From the NCBI GenBank assembly GCA_964016885.1, contig CAXHJY010000250.1:1-18958 (forward strand): a DNA stretch of 18,958 nucleotides, given 5' to 3'. The notes under the pieces were generated by a model. It worked only from the letters and a program-made list of their open reading frames with translations, made no database searches and was not told the DNA's origin. A program made the translations under genes and the position numbers. Positions 10,765-18,958 of this stretch are shown here, piece by piece. Positions within the stretch are counted from its first letter, which is position 1. Each line of letters opens with the position of its first letter. Source of the DNA: Eledone cirrhosa. Lineage: Eukaryota.

Positions 10765-10770
<6 letters not shown>
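10644..10770 (+). mobile_element. Solo 3'-terminal fragment of the Penelope-like family at 10991-12310, followed by (TA)n
   Basis: Inverted homology with 10991-11149: TTTGACAATATAT...AACCAACCAACCGGAAA...TATAATAAATTGAAGTGAAA...GGTGCGTGTGTTT...TTATTGGCAACATGACCCT.CCAAAGTA.AACAA. Confidence 0.85.

Positions 10771-10805
<35 letters not shown>
10770..10805. repeat. (TA)n microsatellite
   Basis: Pure TA run. Confidence 0.95.
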
Positions 10806-10807
<2 letters not shown>

Positions 10808-10942
10808 GATAAATCTACCAAAATATATGGTAGTGTCCAATCCGTATGAAGAACTCAATGTAATCCAAATATCATGAAAAGAGAAGATGCACTCAAAAAT
10901 GTTCGATGAAAATCACAGGAAAACAGAGTCAAGATGAATTTA

Positions 10943-10952
<10 letters not shown>

Positions 10953-10991
<39 letters not shown>
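10953..10991. repeat. (TA)n microsatellite preceded by (TTTA)n
   Basis: Pure TA run. Confidence 0.95.
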
Positions 10992-10995
<4 letters not shown>

Positions 10996-11143
10996 TTACT
11001 TTGGAAGGGTCATGTTGCCAATAAGAAACACACGCACCAGTTGCTTTCACTTCAATTTATTATAAATTAAATTTGTAAATTTAGGAATTTATAAATTTCC
11101 GGTTGGTTGGTTGGTTCCACAACCAGATGATTGTTCATATATT

Positions 11144-11186
11144 GTCAAAGTTCTTTTGTCACATATTCTGTGATCTCTTCAGTGAC
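11144..11186 (-). ncRNA. Degenerate type I minimal hammerhead ribozyme (probably inactive)
   Basis: Minus strand: GTCA-CTGAAGA-gaTCACA gaata TGTGAc-AAAA-GAAC-TT-TGAC. Stem I GTCA/TGAC, stem II TCACA/TGTGA, with GAAA mutated to AAAA. Confidence 0.65.
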
Positions 11187-11369
11187 TGGGGATTCTTTTC
11201 TTTGTTTTTGTGTGCGTTGTGTGCTTAGTTTGCGCATCTGTTACATCCGGGTGTCTGTGTGTGTTTATATTTGTTTATTTATTTGTTTATTTACATGTTA
11301 TGGTTGGTTGTTTGTTCTATGTGTGTGTGTGTGTGTTTTCATTTTGTCCTTAATTGTAAGTTGTGATGT

Positions 11370-12309
11370 TGCTATTCCATTCATGCTTTCTATTTAATTA
11401 TGGTTGGAGTTCGTTTATGTTTATTGCCTCTGTGATTTGTCTAAACATTGCGTCTTTTCTGTGTGTAGATTCTATTTTTATTTCTATGTTCTCTAATTTA
11501 ACCTTATGTTCTATTTTAGCATGTTGGTAGAGTACAGATGATTCTTTACTATCTTGAAGCTCTCACCAGTGTTCATTTATCCGTTCTCCTATACTACGAG
11601 CTGTCTGACCTATGTACACTATATTCTTATCTCTACATTGTCCTTCAGTACATCTTATGCTATATACTACATTTATAGTTTTACAGTTAATATGGGGGCT
11701 TAATTTACAGATTATACATTTCTTATCTATACAGGGAGGTCTTTGAAAAGGGTATGTATTGCTAATAAGTGTTTTTATGGAGGTACCTGGTCTTTCTACT
11801 ATCTTAATATTGAGTTTATGTTTATCTAGGGCCCTTCTGAATTTGTAAGCTAATTCACCTCTAGGGGTTGTGTTGATGAACATTACACTCTGGTATTTAT
11901 TGCTATCATACCATGAGTTTATTCTATTAACCTTATTCCTAGTTCTTTCTATTCTATTCCAAAATTTGCTCCTATACAAGGGGCAGGTCCCGTTTGTATC
12001 ATTATTTACCATTTTTTCCCATTTGGTTCTGGTCTTATCTCTCTGATTGTAACCAGAGAACTGCATACGGTGGATGAAGTGTTGTATGTGTCTCTCTAGT
12101 TCTTTGGGGTTGCACATGCGGGACACATTTCTCATCACCCGTACCAAATCTGCAATCAATATATTGATTTTGGTGTGGTTCGAAACGGCTGAGTTTCGGT
12201 GGATTAGATATTTGGAAGTCATGGGTTTGGCATAATGGGAATGGAGGATCTGTTTTTTGTTAATGATAGTATCTAACCAGAGCTCTGTGTCTAGTACAGG
12301 TAATCGATT
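11370..12309 (-). pseudogene. Disrupted Penelope RT-thumb/GIY-YIG endonuclease ORF
   Basis: ORF 11563..12222(-) plus in-frame extensions on both sides. In-frame stops at 11563-11565 and near 11400. Confidence 0.85.
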
Positions 12310-12310
12310 T

Positions 12311-13132
12311 GCAGACTATATGATGCCTGCATACAAACAGCAATGTTACATGGCAGTGAGACCTGGGCAGAGGATCTGCGCAGACTGGAAAGGAACGAAG
12401 CTTGCATGCTCCGCTGGATGTGTAATAGTAATATACGTGAACAGCAAAACATAAATGAACTAAGTGAGAAATTAGGAATGAAAGGTATCAGATGCTGTTT
12501 ACTCAAGAGAAGACTACGTTGGTATGGTCACGTGATCTGCATGAAAGACAACAGCTGCATAAAAAAGTGCAAGGTAATCAAAATTGATGGTAGTTACGGA
12601 GTAGGTAGACCCAGAAAAACCTGGGACGATTTGATAACAACTGACCTTGCACACTTACACCTCTCTAAGGCAATGTCACTGGATCGAGATCTTTGGCGCT
12701 ATGCAGTAATACAGAAGACCCGCCTTGCCTAAGTACAAAGCGAAACCTACAGTCAGTAGGCACCTCTTAACCAAAAATACACCCCCATCACACTACCCCT
12801 ATTCCACCCCCACACCTATCAACACCACCCCTTTCTCTGTAAAGTTATGTTGGTACCACAACATCCAGTCCTAAATAAATGAGGTCGTGTAGGTGTCATG
12901 ACAAAAAAAACACACAGTCCACCCTGTAATGTGGCCGTGTAGGTAACACGGTAAAAACCTCCCAGCCCACACTGTAAACGTTGTTGGTGTTAGGAAGGGC
13001 ATCCAGCCGTAGAAAACCTGCCAGACAGTCCCCATACGAGCAAGACAACCAATCTTGCCTCAAGTGGGACAATTACCGTCTAAACCCATGCTAGCGTGGA
13101 CGATAGACGTTAAACGATGATGATGATGATGA
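12311..13132 (+). mobile_element. RTE LINE 3' fragment (subfamily B) with 3' UTR and (GAT)n tail
   Basis: Starts at RLYDAC. ORF 12343..12732 matches the RTE C-terminus with a 9-bp deletion after ETWA. Tail at 13116-13132. Confidence 0.93.
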
Positions 13133-13421
13133 AGTGATATGAAATAAGAGTTATTTCAACTTTGATAACCATTAGGATAACATTGATATTTTCTCCAGAT
13201 CATATATAGTACACTAGAATGAAATGTTTGCAAAGAAATACAAAGCAGTACCTATTTATAGAGGAACTGAACTGATGGATTGAAAGGTTCTAATCTATTA
13301 TTTTGTTGCCAAATCTGCACAGCTACTAACTGCATAGACAAAATTGTATCATAAATGTATCAGTGAATGTGAAGTTATATATAGAAATTATATGCAGTAT
13401 AAACAGAGCACACATGCATTT

Positions 13422-13445
13422 GTATGTATGTATATATATATATAC

Positions 13446-13477
<32 letters not shown>
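13422..13477. repeat. (TA)n/(TGTA) microsatellite
   Basis: Direct reading. Confidence 0.9.
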
Positions 13478-13483
<6 letters not shown>

Positions 13484-13516
13484 TCACAGTTTCGTTTATG
13501 TATATAATATACATGC

Positions 13517-14485
13517 GTTACCTGGGCGATAAAATCAGCAGTGGGGGAGGGTGCTCTGAAAGTACTGTAGCTAGAGTCAGAACTGGTTGGAAAAAGTTCA
13601 GAGAGCTTATACCACTATTAGCTGCTAAAGGGTTCTCCCTAAAAATGAAAGGCAGGTTGTACGATGCCTGCATACGAACAGCAATGCTGCATGGCAGTGA
13701 GACCTGGGCATTGTGTGCAGAGGATATACGCAGACTAGAGAGGAACGAAGCTTGCATGCTCCGCTGGATGTGTAACAGTAATATACGTGAATGGCAAAGC
13801 ATAAACGAACTTAGGAAAAAATTAGAGATAAGAGTGATCAGATGTTGTTTACTCGAGGGAAGGCTATGTTGGTATGGACACGTGATGCGCATGAAAGTCG
13901 ATAGCTGTATAACAAAGTGCAGGGCAATAAAGATAGACGGTAGTCACGGAATAGGCAGACCTAGAAAAACCTGGGACGAGCTGATAAACTCCGACATCAC
14001 ACACTTACACCTCTCCAAGACAATGTCACTGGACCGAGACCTTTGGCGGTACTCAGTAACAGAGAAGACCCGCCTTACCTAAATATATAGTAAAACCTAC
14101 TCCAGCCAGTAGGCATCTCTAACAAAATACACCCCGTCCCACCACCACCACCCCCACCCCATCCACACCACCCCGTTCTATGTAAAGTTATGTTGGTGCC
14201 GCGCCATCGAGGCCGAAACAAATGAGATCGTGTAGGTGTCACGACAAAAAAACACACAGTCCACGCTGTAATGTGGCCGTGTAGGCAACACGGTAAAAAC
14301 CTCCCAGACCCACACTGTAAATGTGGTTGGTGTTAGGAAGGGCATCCAACTGTAGAAAACCTGCCAGACAGTCCTATGCGAGCAAGACAATCACTCTTGC
14401 CTCAAGTGGGACTACCCCCGTCCAAACCCATGCAAGCGTGGAACACGGACGTTAAACGTTGATGATGATGATGATGATGATGATG
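13517..14485 (+). mobile_element. RTE LINE 3' fragment (subfamily B) with 3' UTR and (GAT)n tail
   Basis: YLGDKISSGGGC...DRDLWR open to the stop at 14082. The 3' UTR is colinear with 12733-13115. Tail at 14461-14485. Confidence 0.94.
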
Positions 14486-14557
14486 CATAAATATAATGGC
14501 TATATAGAGTATAGGCAATGCACACAAGCACATTTGTATATATATTTATATATATAC

Positions 14558-14605
14558 AACCCATACTAGCTTGGAAAGTGGACTTTAAATGATGATGATG
14601 ATGAT
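14558..14605 (+). mobile_element. Very short RTE-type 3' end (terminal stem-loop remnant + (GAT)n)
   Basis: AACCCATACTAGCTTGGAAAGTGGACTTTAAATGATGATGAT matches the other RTE termini. Confidence 0.7.
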
Positions 14606-14795
14606 ATATATAAATAGCTTACACAGTTATCTCCCATCATGAACCCAGAATCTTATGAGATTTTGATGAGAGAATCAGGCCCGACTGATGCAGATCAAAC
14701 CGTGAGCTGATCAATAAGCGAAACGTGTGTCACACATGAATAAAGTTAATGATACTCTTACACCTCATTCCAGCTTATTTTTAATTATAGATATA

Positions 14796-14961
14796 TCATT
14801 ATCATCATCATCATCATTTTACGCCCGCTTTTCCCTGCTTGCCAGGGTGGGACGGGAACTGATTCTGGCTTGATCTCTACAGCTGGATGCCCTTCCTAAC
14901 ACCAACCTCATTTACAGTGAGTGCTGGGTGCTTTTTTGCCGTGGAACCTCCACGTCCACTT
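14796..14961 (-). mobile_element. RTE 3' UTR fragment (same subfamily as 1476-3602), internally deleted, with (GAT)n tail
   Basis: The reverse complement aligns to 3384-3485 and then jumps to the terminal stem-loop. (ATC)n at ~14796-14817. Confidence 0.87.
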
Positions 14962-15109
14962 ATCATCTCATTTCTACAACTGAGTAAACTGGAGCAATGT
15001 GAAATAAAGTGTCTTGCTCAAGGAGACAACACATCACCCGGTCCGAGAATTGAACTGACAACCTTTCAATTGCAAGCCCAATGGTCTAACCACTAAGCCA
15101 TGTCCCTTC
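14962..15109 (-). mobile_element. tRNA-derived SINE head + CORE-like central domain
   Basis: Minus strand: A box TGGCTTAGTGG, B box GTTCAATTC, then GTCTCCTTGAGCAAGACACTTTATTTCAC...CTCCAGTTTACTCAG...AAATGAG. Confidence 0.8.
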
Positions 15110-15262
15110 ACGCACACACATATATATATATATGTATACACACATATATATATATATATACATATTTATATATATACACACACACATATATATATATATA
15201 TAATATACACACTCACACATACACACACTCACGTTTACGTTTGTGTATATAATATACATATG
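15110..15262. repeat. Compound (TA)n/(CA)n microsatellite
   Basis: Direct reading. Confidence 0.9.
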
Positions 15263-15497
15263 TAAGTGCCTACATTCCTCATATCGAGTAGGAACACACA
15301 GACACACATATGACTACAGATGTGTGTGAATGTGTTTAAAGTGTAGGTACAATAAACATGTTTATTTATTCAGCTTGATATCAGGAGACAGACGTAAAAT
15401 GATTCCGATACTGATGATTATATATGTGTGGGTGTGTATGTGTGTATAAAACAATGACAGTTACAGTGGTGATTATAATTTATGCATTTGTTATTTT

Positions 15498-15500
<3 letters not shown>

Positions 15501-15539
<39 letters not shown>
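15501..15539. repeat. (TA)n microsatellite
   Basis: Pure TA run abutting an RTE tail. Confidence 0.95.
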
Positions 15540-15541
<2 letters not shown>

Positions 15542-15868
15542 TCATCATCATCATTATCATCGTTTAACGTCCATCTTCCATGCTTGCATGGGTTTGGACG
15601 GGAGTTTTCCCACTTGAAGCAAGATTGGTTGTCCTGCTCGCATATGACTGTCTGGCGAGTTTTCTACGGCTGGATGCCCTTCCCAACACCAACTATTTTT
15701 ACAGTGTGGACTGGGAAGTTTTTACCTTGTGACCTACACAGTCACATTACAGAGTGGACTGTGTGTTTTTTTTGTCGTGACACCTACACAACCTAATTTG
15801 TTTCGGACTGGATGTTGTGGTACCAACATAACTTCACATTTAAGGGGGTGGTGTGGATGGGGTGGGGA
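15538..15868 (-). mobile_element. RTE 3' UTR fragment (subfamily B) with (GAT)n tail, flanked by (TA)n on both sides
   Basis: The reverse complement is colinear with the 3' UTRs of the 12311 and 13517 copies. Confidence 0.9.
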
Positions 15869-15882
15869 TATATATATATATG

Positions 15883-15929
<47 letters not shown>

Positions 15930-15933
15930 GTAT
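15868..15933. repeat. (TA)n microsatellite with TGTA interruptions
   Basis: Direct reading. Confidence 0.93.
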
Positions 15934-16057
15934 ATAATATATAAGAACAAAAGATGGTTAAAAGAGTTCCATGTATTTTATTATGGGCATTTCAAAAACA
16001 AATATCATCATGCAATAATATTTGTGTTTTCATCAGATAAAACAGGAGGACATGATA
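15934..16057. repeat. Left arm of 124-bp inverted repeat (partner 18604-18727)
   Basis: Base-by-base comparison gives 122/124 identity. Confidence 0.97.
15968..16047 (-). ncRNA. Type I minimal hammerhead ribozyme
   Basis: Reverse complement of the 18614-18693 motif. Intact CTGATGA and GAAA boxes; stem III region ATGCCCAT, cleavage triplet ATA. Confidence 0.85.
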
Positions 16058-16701
16058 TGAAGGTTAAAAAACACTTGTGGATAGTTCAGTTTTAAATCAA
16101 CATATGAGAAGTAGTTTTAGATTGATGTGTGATATTGGGAAAAATATTTTATTTAGAGGAGGTGGGGTGGAAAGGATGAAAAAAAAAGGAGATGAGAGTG
16201 AAGGTGGAGAGGGAGGAGTATAATGAGGAAGGATGAGATAGGAGGAGAGATGGGTGATAGAGAGAGAGAGATAGCTTTTATAACTGAGAAAGATATATTG
16301 TTTTACATAGAGAGGTTGAAAACCGTTGGAAGATAATGTATAAATTAAAAGAATTTGAAAATTAACGAAGAGAATAATAATGTAAAGTTAAGGTTTGTAT
16401 ATTGATGGGTTTGATAATATGTGCTAAGAAAAAGAAAGAGTTAATATGTATTGAGAATAATGAGTTAGATGATAGGGAGAAAAGAATAATGAATTGAGGA
16501 TGAATAATCTGACGTCAAAAAAAATGTATATGTTTACGAAGGATTTTTACAAGGTGATATAGAGTAAGAGTAATGAGTAAACAAGTATTATAGAATGTAT
16601 AATAACCTTTGAAATAAGGTAGAAAGATGGGTATATTTTAAAAATAAGTGTATATATATGTGCCTTTGAGAAAAGATTCTAAATTGATAAAGAATTGAAT
16701 A

Positions 16702-18603
16702 TTAGCTGTATACTTTGTGAAATGTTTTGTGGAATTTATGCAAGCAGATAGAAAACAAGTCAGTGCGTCTATTTATTATAGAATCTAGATTAGAGATAAT
16801 GGTAAATTTTTCATTTAGACAGAGATTGCAGATTTTAGATAGAGAACTGTTCAAGTATGTAGACGCAGAAGAAACCTTCTTCCAAAATATGCTATATTTA
16901 ATGTTTTTGTCTTTCAAGGACCATATGAGTTCTGAGAGAGCCGTGTTGGTTCTTTTAAGTTTATATTTAAAAGACGAATGATGGTTATAAAGACGAGCTT
17001 TAAAAGAGGTGGAAGTGGAGCCAAAATAGGTGAAGGAATTGGTGTCAGTTATAACTTTACATTTGTAAATTAAGTTTTTATCAAGACAGTGGTTGTTGAG
17101 AGGACATTTATTTTTAACAGGGCAATTGCAATTGTAATTAGAGAGATTATTAATGAGTGACCTAGTGTTATCTATAGAAGGAATTGGATTGGAGAAGTTG
17201 TTTGCGATAGGAATAATAGTTTCTTGATTTAGAATGGGATTATGAACATTTAGCGAAGTTGTGTTTGACGTTGTATTTGGGTTTGTAGAAATTAGCCTAG
17301 GGTTTACAATGACGTCGGGAGTACTATTGTTATGAAATTCAGTGTTGGAAGGAAGAGATTTAGTATTTAGTATTTTATTGTTGTGTTTAGAGATAATGTT
17401 GGAAATGTTGGAGGATGTAGAATAAGAAAATTTGATGGTGTGTTTGTTAAATATTTTACTATAGATATGTGAGGGAGGGAAGCATTTATTTAAGGCACTA
17501 AAGAATAATTTAGGAATATTGTTATTAATAGAGATGGAGAAAGGAGCATTATACCAGATTATGTTTTTGTATCTAGGTCCTTTATTAAAGTTATTGGAAT
17601 GATCATGATTAATAATTCTACTGTAATTTCTTCTAGAATTTGTTTCTTTACTATATTTTGATTTTATCTGGATAACCGGCTTTAGAAAGCGCGTTATTAT
17701 AGTAATTGGCGTTAGCATCAAAGATGTTTTATTAGAAGATAGGTTAGATATTCTTTTTTCCAATATTACTAACTATAGCATTCTTGATATTGGTAGGATG
17801 GATAGATTAAAGTTAACATAATTTAGGTTCTCATTGTTTTTATGGTAAGGGTAATATAGGCCAGTGTCAAGATTAAGAGATACATCCAAGAAATAGCTAG
17901 TTTGATACTGTTATCAAATTCAATTTTTAGGTTATGTTGGTTAAAGAGATTACATATATTGTTCTTAATAATATTAAGGTTAACTATATTGCCAATTTAA
18001 GATAGTAAAGAGGTCCATCGTCACGATAAATTCCACTGCGAAGTTGAGGAATTTTCCGACTCAAAGAGTTCAAAAATGAACATACCAATTAAATCAGGTC
18101 AATTGGGATGAATCGGATGCTCCCATTGTGATGTCGAAGTTGTTAGAGGTATTGGCTCTGGTCCAATATTCGTTGTTGAACTCTAGGATGGTTTTACGTG
18201 CGGTGAGAATGATGTGAAGTTCATCTTGTGGTGATGTCAGAATATTTAAGTGCGAAAAAATAGAGCATTATTGAGAAGTGAAGGCGAAATGGAGGAATAG
18301 TAGCTGGCAATATCAAATTGAAAAAAAATTTTAGTTTGTTTTTATTATTCAATTTGTTGAACCAGCTAATCACTTCAGAAGTACCAAACCATAAATTTAG
18401 GTTCAAAAGAAAAGCAATTAGAACGAACCTGTGGGATAATTCTATCCAAGATGGCTTTACTAACAACCCCCCAGATCAGATTTAGAGGGGGGCGATTAAT
18501 CTAACAGGTAGTTCAGTGGGAAAAATTGTTTTTGTGATCCTTGAGATTTATCCTCGGAGTTCTTGGGAGGAATGGTTCAGTCTTTTTTTCAATGCGAAGT
18601 TTT
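16702..18603 (-). pseudogene. Disrupted Penelope RT + GIY-YIG ORF
   Basis: The GIY-YIG half is open (353 aa ORF). The RT half (17764-18603) has multiple frameshifts and stops. Confidence 0.87.
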
Positions 18604-18727
18604 TATCATGTCCTCCTGTTTTATCTGATGAAAACACAAATATTATTGCATGATGATATTTGTTTTTGAAATGTGCATAATAAAATACATGGAACTCTTT
18701 TAACCATCTTTTGTTCTTATATATTAT
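18604..18727. repeat. Right arm of 124-bp inverted repeat (partner 15934-16057)
   Basis: Base-by-base comparison gives 122/124 identity. Confidence 0.97.
18614..18693 (+). ncRNA. Type I minimal hammerhead ribozyme
   Basis: Stem I TTTTAT (18619-24)/ATAAAA (18680-85); CTGATGA 18625-31; 15-position stem II 18632-46/18653-67 with one mismatch and one G-U; GAAA 18668-71; short stem III ATG-TG-CAT; predicted cleavage after AUA at 18679. Confidence 0.88.
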
Positions 18728-18812
18728 GTATACTCCAGTCCTACAAACTGTAGAGTGCTTCTTATCCGATATTTGCATTGCTTTATTGTACTACAATAAA
18801 ACTCACCTCCTA

Positions 18813-18814
18813 CA

Positions 18815-18862
<48 letters not shown>

Positions 18863-18958
18863 CATATATGTATGTATATATATATATATACATATCTGTA
18901 TGTATATATATATATATACATATATGTATGTATATATATATATATACATATATGTATG
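18813..18958. repeat. Compound (TA)n microsatellite with TACATATATGTATG higher-order motif
   Basis: Direct reading; runs off the window edge. Confidence 0.95.

Larger units (their letters stand above)
10991..12310 (-). mobile_element. Penelope-like element 1, 5'-truncated (RT thumb, Cys linker, GIY-YIG, 3' UTR)
   Basis: NRLPVLDTELW...HYAKPMTSKYLIHRNSA, SGY, C..C..C..C linker, VVYSIRC...YIGQTARSIGERINEH. The frame continues past a TGA to RQITEAINI...LNRKHEW. Ends at a (TA)n tract. Confidence 0.9.
15934..18813 (-). mobile_element. Penelope-like element 2, 5'-truncated and frameshifted, with inverted terminal (pLTR-type) repeats
   Basis: Minus-strand RT fragments: LKDHKNNF, RLIAPSKSDLG, QFDIASYY, FDITMGASDS, YRDDG (18014-18028), FLDVSLNL. 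ORF 16702..17763 holds WYNAPFS, CNC...CPL...CL, LIYKC...YFGST...FKARLYNH, CNLCLNEK...INRR. Inverted ends; (TA)n on both sides. Confidence 0.92.

Noticed and set aside
14684-14744. Third hammerhead candidate CTGATGC...CGAAACGTGTGTC...AATAAA
   Set aside because: The core reads CTGATGC, not CTGANGA, and no convincing stem I forms. It may be a decayed Penelope end but cannot be supported.
15040-15109. tRNA gene
   Set aside because: A and B boxes are present but there is no full cloverleaf, and it runs into a SINE core.
15934-18727. Cut-and-paste DNA transposon with 124-bp TIRs
   Set aside because: The interior encodes RT + GIY-YIG, not a transposase, and the arms are hammerhead-bearing Penelope termini.

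Overview
AT-rich, repeat-saturated eukaryotic DNA with no recognisable host gene. The mix of (TA)n tracts, RTE LINEs with (GAT)n tails, tRNA-derived SINEs and Penelope-like elements suggests an invertebrate, probably a coleoid cephalopod such as Octopus (inference). It contains: (i) at least eight pieces of RTE-clade LINEs, two carrying a PHD-type zinc finger inside the RT domain; (ii) a ~4.7 kb G-rich 28/34-bp minisatellite that appears to have expanded from the last codons of a decayed LINE ORF; (iii) two unrelated, decayed Penelope-like elements (RT + C-terminal GIY-YIG), each with an inverted copy of its 3' end and hammerhead ribozyme motifs; (iv) two SINE fragments; (v) many microsatellites. 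The most notable signals are a pair of intact-core hammerhead ribozymes in the 124-bp inverted termini of the second Penelope-like element, a solo Penelope end fragment beginning at a predicted hammerhead cleavage site, and a repeated, covarying hairpin/pseudoknot module in the RTE 3' UTRs. All protein-coding segments are disrupted retroelement ORFs. Alignments and folds were done by eye.
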